Virus record (IMG/VR): IMGVR_UViG_3300025637_000049
Span: 1 to 27,121 of that record
Reading direction: 5' to 3' (one strand)
Length of the DNA stretch: 27,121 bases
Origin: a virus
Lineage: Duplodnaviria; Caudoviricetes
The position numbers and the translations under genes were made by a program. Below, piece by piece: positions 1 through 8,443 of the stretch (the stretch's first letter is position 1; each line of letters opens with the position of its first letter). The notes below the pieces were generated by a model that was not told the origin of the DNA, searched no databases, and saw nothing but the letters and a program-made list of their open reading frames with translations.

Positions 1-1
1 T

Positions 2-151
2 ACACTTGGCAACCTTAAACAGTTTATGGCTACGCAATTTAACAACCCACAATTTGCAAACTACGCGCTAAAAATGGGCAAGCAACCGTTAGTTGTAGCG
101 CCTAAAAATATGGCCGTTATTGCACCGACAGCCGACCAATTAACAGCATAA
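2..151 (+). CDS. 3' end of a hypothetical protein (partial, runs off the window start)
   Basis: Open frame from base 2 to TAA at 149-151: TLGNLKQFMATQFNNPQFANYALKMGKQPLVVAPKNMAVIAPTADQLTA*. Followed by hairpins. Not in the ORF track. Confidence 0.5.
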   Translation, partial: TLGNLKQFMATQFNNPQFANYALKMGKQPLVVAPKNMAVIAPTADQLTA

Positions 152-162
152 ACCATGCCAAC

Positions 163-194
163 ATGCAACACTGTATACCCATACAGTGTTGCAT
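163..194. repeat. Perfect 14-bp inverted repeat (hairpin)
   Basis: ATGCAACACTGTAT (163-176), loop ACCC, ATACAGTGTTGCAT (181-194). Confidence 0.9.
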
Positions 195-247
195 ACGTAG
201 CACACATATGGTAGGTGTGCAAGTGGTATTATTACCAAAAAGGGGGG

Positions 248-269
248 GCAAAAAAATATTTTGCTTTTT
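248..269 (+). terminator. Possible weak intrinsic terminator
   Basis: GCAAAA-AAATA-TTTTGC followed by TTTTT. The stem is AT-rich, so the call is weak. Confidence 0.3.
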
Positions 270-350
270 AAAATAAAATCCGCCATAGTGTCTCTCATCA
301 CATTCTTAAATTATGCCATTTAAAATCACTATGTATGCACGGAGGGCTTA

Positions 351-731
351 ATGCCTCAGTTAGTTATACTGTCGGGTAGTCCTGGAAGTGGGAAGTCCAC
401 AACTGCCAGAACCAAGTACCCAAACCACCACCTTTGCGACAAAGACCTAGGCACCGAGCGTGACTACCAAAAGTACGTAAACCAAGATTGCGTACTTACA
501 GCTTGCGCCCCCACCAAGAAACAGAAGTCTTATTGGATTAAACAAGCCAAGCTCTATGGCTTTACTCCGTTAGTGCTGGTAGTATGGGTAGATAGAATGG
601 TAGCCTACGACAGAATGCTAGGTCGTAGCGGTACAAGTAAAGACCAGATGAACAACAAACAAGCTGGCGTAGAGCAGTGGTTTAAACTATACAAGCCACA
701 CCCACTAGAACAGAAGGTAGCCAATGAGTGA
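351..731 (+). CDS. Small P-loop kinase/ATPase (AAA_33 / polynucleotide-kinase-like)
   Basis: N-terminal Walker A LVILSGSPGSGKST. RBS GGAGG upstream. Overlaps the next gene by 8 nt. Confidence 0.75.
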   Translation: MPQLVILSGSPGSGKSTTARTKYPNHHLCDKDLGTERDYQKYVNQDCVLTACAPTKKQKSYWIKQAKLYGFTPLVLVVWVDRMVAYDRMLGRSGTSKDQMNNKQAGVEQWFKLYKPHPLEQKVANE

Positions 732-1113
732 CAAACCAGATTATTTGGTGGACGTGCCTGCGGAGTATATCTCAGCTGACGAGTACGAAGCCCAAGAAGT
801 TGTGCAGCAAGAGCAAGTAGTACAGATAACAGACTGGGAGCAAACAATGTCCCAGCTTGCAGAGCGCAAGGCCACTAGCATTACAATCCCCCGTGGTGCT
901 GGCTTCAACAGAGCACAGATAGTCCAAGCCTTCGACAATGCCTTCCACCTTATTGGCGGTACTCCTAGGCTGGCACTTTGGGCAGACGAGAATCCAAAGG
1001 AGTTCTTTAAGCTGTATGCTAAGTTGCTACCAAGCCAGAGCACCAGCAGTCTAGGCGAAAGTACAGACATAGTCATTAAGCACATCCTACCGAAGAGTCC
1101 CCTAGATGAGTGA
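724..1113 (+). CDS. Probable terminase small subunit
   Basis: Directly upstream of and overlapping terL. IGG..RLALWADENPKEFFKLYAKLLP resembles a motif common in phage TerS-position proteins. Confidence 0.65.
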   Translation: MSDKPDYLVDVPAEYISADEYEAQEVVQQEQVVQITDWEQTMSQLAERKATSITIPRGAGFNRAQIVQAFDNAFHLIGGTPRLALWADENPKEFFKLYAKLLPSQSTSSLGESTDIVIKHILPKSPLDE

Positions 1114-2449
1114 GATACAATTAGCTTATAAACCTAGAGAGCAGTTCTTACCTCTGCATAACAGAAAAGAGCGCTGGGCTTGCTTGGTAGTGCATCGGCG
1201 TGGTGGCAAGACAGTAGCTACCATAAACGAGATGATAGCCAGAGCCAGTTACACAAACAAGAAGAATGCCCGCTACGCTTACATAGCTCCGTTCTATCGG
1301 CAGGCTAAGGATGTTGCATGGGTGTACTTAAAAGAGTTTGCTGGTGATGCTATTGTAAAGATTCGCGAATCTGAGCTGCGGGTTGAGCTTTTCAATGGTA
1401 GCTGGATTACATTGTACGGTGCGGATAACCCAGATGCTTTGCGGGGACTTTACCTAGACGGCGCAGTACTAGATGAGTTTGGCGATAGCCGACCTAGTTT
1501 GTGGGGTCAGGTTGTACTCCCCACCTTGGTTGACCGTAAGGGCTGGGCTATCTTTATCGGCACACCCAAGGGCAAGAACCACTTTTACGATATATCAGTA
1601 AGGGCAGAAAGTGATCCAGGATGGTACAGCCTAACTTTAAAGGCTAGTGAGTCTGGACTTATAAACCAGTCTGAGCTTACAGAAATGAAAGCTCAGATGG
1701 CTGACGAAGAGTATGAGCAGGAAATGGAGTGTGACTTTTTGGCTGCGGTCAAGGGTACATACTACAGTGCAATAGTAGAGAACTTAGAAAAGAGCGGTGT
1801 GATATCACCTACCGTAGCCCGTTATGATCCTAGCCTACCAGTTCAGGTAGCTTGCGACTTAGGTTACAGTGATAGTTGCGCTTGGTGGTTTTGGCAAGAG
1901 CCTGTTGGCAAGCGGCCCCAAGTAATTGACTATTACGAGAACCAAGGGCAAGCCCTGCAACACTATATAGATATGCTGAGAAGTAAGGGTTACTTGTTTG
2001 ACAAGATATGGCTACCACATGACGCAGTAGCTAAAACTCTGCAGACGGGACGGTCTACTGTGGAGCAGATGTTAGACGAGGACTTACCAGTGATGGTTGT
2101 GCCAAGATTAAGCCGCCAACATGGTATAGATGCCGCCCGTAAGGTTCTCCCCAGTGTTTATATCAACAGCGACAAGTGTTACGAGGGTGTCGAGGCGCTA
2201 AGGGCATACCGAAGACGCTTTAATGAGCTAACTAAGTCTTTTAGTGACGCACCCCTACACGATTGGTCAAGTAATGGCTCTGATGCGTTCCGTTACCTTG
2301 CTTTAGTAGTGCAAGACAGGGTAGAATGCGAAGATGAGAGTACCAAAGACCCTGAGCCACTGTTAAAACCCCAAAAATTCACCCTAAACCAGTTATTTAA
2401 AGAGAACGAGCGCGGAAACAAGCGTAGATTCCAAAAATCGAGGATTTAA
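1106..2449 (+). CDS. terL: Terminase large subunit
   Basis: Walker A VHRRGGKT, YIAPFYRQAK, LRGLYLDGAVLDE (Walker B), FIGTPKGKNHFY coupling motif, nuclease domain ACDLGYSD ... HDWSSNGSDAFRY. Confidence 0.95.
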   Translation: MSEIQLAYKPREQFLPLHNRKERWACLVVHRRGGKTVATINEMIARASYTNKKNARYAYIAPFYRQAKDVAWVYLKEFAGDAIVKIRESELRVELFNGSWITLYGADNPDALRGLYLDGAVLDEFGDSRPSLWGQVVLPTLVDRKGWAIFIGTPKGKNHFYDISVRAESDPGWYSLTLKASESGLINQSELTEMKAQMADEEYEQEMECDFLAAVKGTYYSAIVENLEKSGVISPTVARYDPSLPVQVACDLGYSDSCAWWFWQEPVGKRPQVIDYYENQGQALQHYIDMLRSKGYLFDKIWLPHDAVAKTLQTGRSTVEQMLDEDLPVMVVPRLSRQHGIDAARKVLPSVYINSDKCYEGVEALRAYRRRFNELTKSFSDAPLHDWSSNGSDAFRYLALVVQDRVECEDESTKDPEPLLKPQKFTLNQLFKENERGNKRRFQKSRI

Positions 2450-2450
2450 A

Positions 2451-4586
2451 ATGTCTGAAACAGGCGGTAGCATAGACAGTAGAGAAGAATTTAAACCAAC
2501 CCCTGCTGGACAGTATAAATACTGGAATGAAGAGCTTACAGCCTCTAAGAAGATGCTAAACTCATTCCATAGACAAGGTACAGAAGTTGTACAACGATTC
2601 CTTGGCGGTAATGTGCGCAGAGAGGATGACAATTTTTCAAGTAATATCTTTCGCCTGAACCTTTTCCACAGCAACATAACCACCTTGCAGTCTTTGATGT
2701 ACAGCAACCTTCCTAGCGTTACTGTCATGAGGGCAAATAATGACCCCAAAGACGATGTTGGACGCGTAGCGGCCAACATTTTAGAGCGTATTCTCACCAA
2801 TGACATCCAGTGCAATGGTGAAGAGTACGACACTGTACTAAGAGCAGATTTACAAGATAGACTTATCCCAGGATTAGGGTGTAGCAAAGTACGATACAAC
2901 TGCGAAGTCTGCGAAGATGAAATGGGTATGGAGTATGTCAAAGATGAGGCCGCACCAGTAGAGTATGTTCACTGGCAAGACGTTTGCTGGGGTTGGAGCC
3001 GTACATTTAAAGACATTCCTTGGATTGGCTTCCGTAGCTACATGAAAAAAGACGAAGTAATGGAGCGTTGGGGCGAAGACGTAGCCAAGGCATTGGAGTA
3101 TAAGAAGCAAACAGCTACTGACCCGCAAGAAGACATAGAAATAGATGGTGATGATGGCCCGTGGCAAGTAGCAGAGATTTGGGAGATTTGGGACAGGACT
3201 AAAAAGCAGGTTGTTTGGTATACAAAAGGGTATTCTAAAGTTTTAGAAACAAAAGAAGACTTTCTAGGTCTTTCTGGGTTCTTCCCATGCGCACCTTTCC
3301 TTTTAGCCAACTGCACCACAACACTGTACCTGCCGCGAAGTGACTTCCACATGGCGCAGGACTTGTACAATGAAATTGACGAGTTACAGACAAGAATTAG
3401 TGTAATTACCCAAGCTGTCAAGGTAGTCGGTGTTTATGACGCAGGTAGTGATGAAGTTGGCCGTATGTTCGAAGAAGGTATGGATAATGACCTAATACCT
3501 GTAGAAAAATGGGCAATGCTTAGTGAAAAAGGTGGTTTACAGGGTGTTATTGACTGGTTTCCAATCAGAGACGTTGTTGAGACACTTGGCCGCCTTAGAG
3601 AAGTTCGTGATGAGACGATTGGCCTGCTACAGCAAGTAACTGGCATGAGTGACATTATGCGAGGCGAATTAAGTGGCCAGTATGAAGGTGTAGGCCAGTC
3701 GCAAATGAAGGCTAAGTTCGGAAGCATACGGGTTCAAGCTATGCAAGACCAGTTTGCTAAGTTCGTAACCGACTTAATGCAAATTAAAGGTGAGTTGATT
3801 TGTAAACACTTTGAGCTTGAGCGAATGGCGCAGTTGGCCAATGTTGAGTCAATGAACGAAGACCCCGAAATGATTATGGAAGGGTTGATGATGCTAAAAG
3901 ACTGGGATGCGTCTAAGTTAAGGATAGAGATTAAACCAGAATCTGTAGCCATGGTTGACTTTTCACAAAAGCAGGCAGAAAGAACGCAATTCTTAGATAC
4001 AATGTCAAAATACTTGCAGATGTCTGCCCCAATGATGGAAGCACAGCCAGAATCTACACCATTCTTATTGCAGATGTTGCAGTGGGGTCTTGCTGGATTT
4101 AAAGGCAGTAAAGATATTGAAGGTGTGTTGGATAAAGCTATTATGCAAGCCGAGCAAAAGCAGGCAGAAGATCAGCAGAATCCTCAGCCAGACCCAGATC
4201 AGCAAAAACTTGAGATGGAAACGCAGAAGGTTGTAGCCGCAATGGAATTAGAGCAGTTTAAAGCTCAAAGCGCAATGCAGCTAGAGCAAATGAAGTCCCA
4301 GAACAAGCAGGTGGAGATTCAGTCTGAGACACAAAGAGATATGATGACAACACAGGCAGCCGTGGAAGCTGACCTAGCTAAGATATCTGCAGATATGCAG
4401 GCCGACATTCAGCAAATCGTTACTAAAGCACAGGTTGAGATGGAAACTGAGCAAGTTACCAGTGAAATCAATGCCCAGCAGCAAGTTGCAGCGGTAATGG
4501 CTGAAATAGAGAAGTTGGGGGTTCAAACAGCCCTTAAAATTCAAGAAATCAACGCCGCTAAACGGGGGGACTCAGAAAGTGAGTAG
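2451..4586 (+). CDS. Portal protein
   Basis: 711 aa, directly after terL. Portal-like segments (VAEIWEIWD, VTGMSDIMRG) and a long Q/E-rich C-terminal helical region as in P22-type portals. Confidence 0.88.
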   Translation: MSETGGSIDSREEFKPTPAGQYKYWNEELTASKKMLNSFHRQGTEVVQRFLGGNVRREDDNFSSNIFRLNLFHSNITTLQSLMYSNLPSVTVMRANNDPKDDVGRVAANILERILTNDIQCNGEEYDTVLRADLQDRLIPGLGCSKVRYNCEVCEDEMGMEYVKDEAAPVEYVHWQDVCWGWSRTFKDIPWIGFRSYMKKDEVMERWGEDVAKALEYKKQTATDPQEDIEIDGDDGPWQVAEIWEIWDRTKKQVVWYTKGYSKVLETKEDFLGLSGFFPCAPFLLANCTTTLYLPRSDFHMAQDLYNEIDELQTRISVITQAVKVVGVYDAGSDEVGRMFEEGMDNDLIPVEKWAMLSEKGGLQGVIDWFPIRDVVETLGRLREVRDETIGLLQQVTGMSDIMRGELSGQYEGVGQSQMKAKFGSIRVQAMQDQFAKFVTDLMQIKGELICKHFELERMAQLANVESMNEDPEMIMEGLMMLKDWDASKLRIEIKPESVAMVDFSQKQAERTQFLDTMSKYLQMSAPMMEAQPESTPFLLQMLQWGLAGFKGSKDIEGVLDKAIMQAEQKQAEDQQNPQPDPDQQKLEMETQKVVAAMELEQFKAQSAMQLEQMKSQNKQVEIQSETQRDMMTTQAAVEADLAKISADMQADIQQIVTKAQVEMETEQVTSEINAQQQVAAVMAEIEKLGVQTALKIQEINAAKRGDSESE

Positions 4587-4920
4587 AACAGATAGAAATT
4601 GTACTAGCTGGATACAGCACCCAATTACGGGTAAGTTAATTCCAAGGCATGAGTACGTAAGGCCAACTACAGAGCGGCACTTTTTTGCTCAGGGGGATTT
4701 TGAGTCATTCACTTCCCCAGTAGATGGTTCTCTCATAGATGACAGAGGTAAGTTACGCAGGCACATGAAAGACCATGGTATTACTCAGTCTAGTGACTAT
4801 AGTCCTGAGTACTACAGAAAGAAAGAACTAGCGCGAGAAGACGCTAGGTTAGGTGAGGGCCATGCCGCCACCCAAGAACGAAAAGAATCAATCCACCGCA
4901 TACTAGAGGAATATTCCTGA
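4579..4920 (+). CDS. Hypothetical protein between portal and scaffold
   Basis: GTG start overlaps the portal end. TGA overlaps the scaffold ATG. Contains SPVDGSLIDDRGKLRRHMKDHG. Confidence 0.7.
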   Translation: MSRTDRNCTSWIQHPITGKLIPRHEYVRPTTERHFFAQGDFESFTSPVDGSLIDDRGKLRRHMKDHGITQSSDYSPEYYRKKELAREDARLGEGHAATQERKESIHRILEEYS

Positions 4921-5969
4921 TGTCAGAAGAAAATGAAGTAGTAGAAGAAATTGAAGAAGAAGGCAGTATCCGTGACTTGCTGGAAAGTGAGTTTGAAGAT
5001 ATAGATACAGAGGAAGTACCTGAGTTAGCAGGTGACTTTTTCGCTAACAAAGAAGAAGAAAAAGAGGAAGAAAAACCAGTTGAAACTTCCCCCAAGGAGA
5101 AAGAGGAGGCTACTCCGATTGCCGCTGAATCTCCAGCGGGGGAAGACCAGACTAAGGCTCCTATGGGATTTAGCCCAGAAGCCCGTGAAGAGTGGGGTGC
5201 TACCCCTGAAAAGGTTAAGCAGCAAATTATAAAGCGTGAGCAAGAAATAGCCACAGCTATGCAAGGCACTGCTGAAGCCAGAAGGACTGCTGACACTGTA
5301 AACAAATTTGTAGGTAGCTACCAACAAGTATTGGCTGCAGAAGGCGCTGGCAACCCAATGGAGGCCTTAGAGGGCATAGTAAATACTGTGTCTGTGCTAC
5401 GCATGGGTAGCCCGCAGCAAAAGGCTCAGGCCATGGCCAGTTTAGTAGGTCATTATGGTGTAGATCTAAACACTTTAGATTCTGCAATAGCTTCTACAAT
5501 AACTGGAGAACAGATGGCAGCACCTGAACAAGGTAGCAACCCCGACATTGAAAGAATGATAGAAGAAAGAATGGCACCAGTAAACCAGTTGATGAATGGT
5601 GTTACTCAATTTCAACAACAGCAGCAGCAAAAAACCCAACAAGTTACGCAGCAAAATATCCAGCAATTTGCAGCAGACCCAGCTAATGAGTTTTTTGCAG
5701 ATGTTAAACAAGACATGGCAGATATGTTTGACCTAGCAACTAAGCGTGGCCAAAAAATCAGCTTGCAGGATGCTTACGACAAAGCAGTTGCCATAAACCC
5801 GCAAATTTCTGGTGTTTTGAATAAGCGTCAAACGGCTCAATCATTGACACAAAAGAGAAACGCAAGTAGTTCTGTAAGTAGTGTCAATACCAGAGCACCT
5901 GTAAGAGAAACATCTGGTCAAGACTTACGCAGTGACATTATGGACGCTTGGGAATCTGGAATGGGATAA
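4920..5969 (+). CDS. Capsid scaffolding protein
   Basis: Very acidic N-terminus, Q-rich helical body, position immediately before the major capsid gene. RBS GAGG. Confidence 0.8.
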   Translation: MSEENEVVEEIEEEGSIRDLLESEFEDIDTEEVPELAGDFFANKEEEKEEEKPVETSPKEKEEATPIAAESPAGEDQTKAPMGFSPEAREEWGATPEKVKQQIIKREQEIATAMQGTAEARRTADTVNKFVGSYQQVLAAEGAGNPMEALEGIVNTVSVLRMGSPQQKAQAMASLVGHYGVDLNTLDSAIASTITGEQMAAPEQGSNPDIERMIEERMAPVNQLMNGVTQFQQQQQQKTQQVTQQNIQQFAADPANEFFADVKQDMADMFDLATKRGQKISLQDAYDKAVAINPQISGVLNKRQTAQSLTQKRNASSSVSSVNTRAPVRETSGQDLRSDIMDAWESGMG

Positions 5970-5973
5970 ACCC

Positions 5974-6002
5974 TTGCATTGTCCCTAGTTCTTTGGTAAT
6001 GT
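5974..6002 (+). promoter_or_regulatory. Sigma70-type promoter for the major capsid gene
   Basis: TTGCAT (5974-5979), 17-nt spacer, TAATGT (5997-6002) with extended -10 TG at 5994-5995. Overlapped by the 10-bp inverted repeat CCCTAGTTCT/AGAACTAGGG (5983-5992 / 6008-6017). Confidence 0.6.
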
Positions 6003-6016
6003 GCCTGAGAACTAGG

Positions 6017-6124
6017 GTATTCCCAGCCTTCGGTAGCAGAATACAACCCACCTAGATCGTTAAAGTCTCAGCCTTCGGTAGCAGACTATATGTAACACCA
6101 GACCCCAGCCTTCGGTAGCAGGTC
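6017..6124 (+). ncRNA. Three tandem hairpin elements in the capsid 5' leader (putative cis-regulatory RNA)
   Basis: Identical core CAGCCTTCGGTAGCAG at 6024-6039, 6069-6084 and 6106-6121. Each copy is closed by a different but complementary stem: GTATTC/GAATAC, AGTC/GACT, GACC/GGTC. Confidence 0.75.
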
Positions 6125-6169
6125 AAACAAAAACCGTAACTTAACTTTAACTTTTTAGGAGAAGTCCTC

Positions 6170-7210
6170 ATGGCTTTCGCTAACCCCAATTATTCGGGAA
6201 TGCTTGCAACAACTATTGCAAACCGTTCCGCTAAAGTGGCAGATAACGTCACAGCAAATAACGCTTTATTACGCCGCTTAAACCAGAAAGGAAATGTTAA
6301 AACATTTTCTGGTGGTTACAAGATTCTTCAAGAACTTTCTTTCGCGGAAAACAAAAATGTCGGCTGGTACTCAGGCTACGACTTATTGCCAGTTGGCGTA
6401 AGTAATGTAATCAGTGCAGCTGAGTTTGATATTAAACAAGCAGCAGTTCCAGTTGTAATGTCTGGTTTAGAAATGTTGCAAAACAGCGGCAAAGAAGCAA
6501 TCATCGATTTGATGGAAGCTCGCTTAAAAGTTGCTGAATCATCTATGTCTAACCTTTTAACTACTGGTTTGTACTCAGACGGTACTGGCGCAGGCGGTAA
6601 CGAAGTTACTGGTCTTAATGCAGCAGTTCCTGTTGATCCAACAAACAGCTACGGTGGTATTGATGGCGCAGCGTACACTTTCTGGCAGAATGCTGTAAGT
6701 GACAACACTTCCGCTGCGGTAACTAAAGATACTATCCAAGGCTTGTGGAATACTTTGTGGTCTAGCTTGGTTCGTGGTAATGACCGTACTGACTTAATCA
6801 TTGTTGACAACAACATCTGGGGCATCTACGTAGATAGCTTACAAGCCCAGCAACGCTTCAGCAACACTAACGAAGCTGACGCAGGTTTTGTAACAATCAA
6901 GTACATGGACGCTGATGTTGTATTGGATGGCGGCTTGTATGCTGGCCACCCAACAACTCGCTTACCTTCAGCTGATTGGCCAACGCAGACAGACGGTGTT
7001 GCAGGTGGTGTTGGTGGTGGTACTGCTTACTTCCTAAACACTGACTATATGCACTGGCGTCCACACGCTCGTCGCAACATGGTTCCATTAAGTCCTAACC
7101 GTCGTTACTCAACAAACCAAGATGCAGAAGTGCAAATCATGGCTTGGGCTGGTAACTTAACTTGTAGTGGTCGTCAGTTCCAAGGCCGCTTTGACGCCAA
7201 TGGTGTATAA
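6170..7210 (+). CDS. Major capsid protein
   Basis: 346 aa after the scaffold. RBS AGGAG. Codon usage typical of a highly expressed gene. Motifs (ADNVTANNALL, WYSGYDLL, STNQDAEVQIMAWAGNLTCS) resemble podovirus coat proteins. Followed by a terminator. Confidence 0.92.
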   Translation: MAFANPNYSGMLATTIANRSAKVADNVTANNALLRRLNQKGNVKTFSGGYKILQELSFAENKNVGWYSGYDLLPVGVSNVISAAEFDIKQAAVPVVMSGLEMLQNSGKEAIIDLMEARLKVAESSMSNLLTTGLYSDGTGAGGNEVTGLNAAVPVDPTNSYGGIDGAAYTFWQNAVSDNTSAAVTKDTIQGLWNTLWSSLVRGNDRTDLIIVDNNIWGIYVDSLQAQQRFSNTNEADAGFVTIKYMDADVVLDGGLYAGHPTTRLPSADWPTQTDGVAGGVGGGTAYFLNTDYMHWRPHARRNMVPLSPNRRYSTNQDAEVQIMAWAGNLTCSGRQFQGRFDANGV

Positions 7211-7223
7211 GTTCTAGTAGCTT

Positions 7224-7248
7224 GGGGGGCGTAAAAACCCCCTTTTTT
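7224..7248 (+). terminator. Intrinsic terminator after the capsid gene
   Basis: G-run (7224-7229), loop CGTAAAAA, CCCCC (7238-7242), then TTTTTT. Confidence 0.75.
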
Positions 7249-7270
7249 ACTAACTCTAACGGAGATTATT

Positions 7271-7681
7271 ATGACTGCTGAAAATTTAGCATTCGCTCTA
7301 AACAACCCTGCTGTAGCTGACGCTAGTGTAGAAGGTGCAAGTTCTGGAATGAACGCAGGTAGCTGCGCTCCTGGAATCGGTATTGGTACATTACAAGCTG
7401 GAATCACAGCCGATGAGTTTTCTTTGGTGGCTACTGGCCCTCAAAAAAGCTCTAACCTAGGATGGGGTGGTGATAGTGTGGTATCTGGACAAGAAACGGC
7501 AGATTTGCCTAACTTGACAGAAGCTGATTACACAACTCCTGGATTCACAGCAACCACTGGGTTAAATGTGACAACTGGTTCAACCGCCGCAGACGCTGAA
7601 ATTGGGTCAACAGGCTACTTTAACCGCACAGGCGACACAGTCGCATCAGGCGTGTGGTTATGGGGTACGACTGACACCTAA
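7271..7681 (+). CDS. Hypothetical virion protein (possible head decoration/fibre)
   Basis: RBS GGAG. G/T/A-rich 136 aa protein directly after the capsid gene. TAATG coupling to the next gene. Confidence 0.6.
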   Translation: MTAENLAFALNNPAVADASVEGASSGMNAGSCAPGIGIGTLQAGITADEFSLVATGPQKSSNLGWGGDSVVSGQETADLPNLTEADYTTPGFTATTGLNVTTGSTAADAEIGSTGYFNRTGDTVASGVWLWGTTDT

Positions 7682-8007
7682 TGCGCCTCGGTGATAAGCA
7701 AAGAGAATTTAACCGCTGCCTTGGGTTGCTTTATATCTACATCTACAGTTGTGGGTATGCAGTTACGCAGGGTAGAGGTCGAGTTTCTGAAAAAGCCAAT
7801 GCTGCGGATGGTGGACATAAAAACTCCTGCCATCTGTCAGGGTTAGCCCAAGATTTAAACTTATTTTTAGACGGTGTTTTCTTAACAGATACAGCAGACC
7901 ATGAAAAGTTTGGTGTATACTGGGAATCACTACACCCACTAGCTCGCTGGGGTGGTCGCTTCAATGACGGCAACCATTACAGTTTTGAGCACCAAGGGGT
8001 AAAGTAA
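7681..8007 (+). CDS. M15-family (L-Ala-D-Glu type) peptidase endolysin
   Basis: Zn-ligand pattern SCHLSGLAQDLNLF ... WGGRFNDGNHYS (H-x6-D ... H). Confidence 0.82.
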   Translation: MRLGDKQREFNRCLGLLYIYIYSCGYAVTQGRGRVSEKANAADGGHKNSCHLSGLAQDLNLFLDGVFLTDTADHEKFGVYWESLHPLARWGGRFNDGNHYSFEHQGVK

Positions 8008-8258
8008 TGAAGGTAAGGGAAGTCGTTTGGCCAGTATTCTTTTTCTGGAGTAAGTGGGTTGAAGCAATTGTCCTTTACCCATTTATAATTTACAAATCTG
8101 AAAAAGCTGTAGAGCACCACAGAAAACATGAACTTATCCATGTTGAGCAAGTAAGAAGGTTAGGTTGGTTGAGATTTTACACCAGCTACCTGTATGAGAG
8201 TTATAAAAACGGCTACTACAACAATAAGTATGAAGTAGAAGCAAGAGAAAGATCGTAA
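8007..8258 (+). CDS. Small HExxH zincin-like protein (DUF4157-like)
   Basis: KHELIHVEQ ... FYTSYL ... NKYEVEAR. TAATG coupling to the endolysin gene. Confidence 0.7.
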   Translation: MKVREVVWPVFFFWSKWVEAIVLYPFIIYKSEKAVEHHRKHELIHVEQVRRLGWLRFYTSYLYESYKNGYYNNKYEVEARERS

Positions 8259-8276
8259 AAACAACGGAGTAAAATT

Positions 8277-8441
8277 ATGAACTACTTAGACCTAGCTTTA
8301 GCAATTCTTAGTACTATGGGAACAGGTGCGGTACTAGCTGCATGGATCCCAATCAAAATACAAAAAGTAATTCCTGGACTTTCTATGATTTTAAAAGTAG
8401 TTGGTCAAAACATTCGCGAAGCAAAGAACAGTGAACGCTAA
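8277..8441 (+). CDS. 54-aa membrane protein, candidate holin
   Basis: Not in the ORF track. MNYLDLALAILSTMGTGAVLAAWIPIKIQKVIPGLSMILKVVGQNIREAKNSER*. RBS GGAG, hydrophobic N-terminal helix, charged C-terminus, near the endolysin. Confidence 0.7.
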   Translation: MNYLDLALAILSTMGTGAVLAAWIPIKIQKVIPGLSMILKVVGQNIREAKNSER

Positions 8442-8443
8442 AA

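Noticed and set aside
6024-6121. Mini CRISPR array
   Set aside because: The repeat is only 16 nt, spacing is irregular, the flanks base-pair around each core, and no cas genes are present. Tandem hairpins explain it better.
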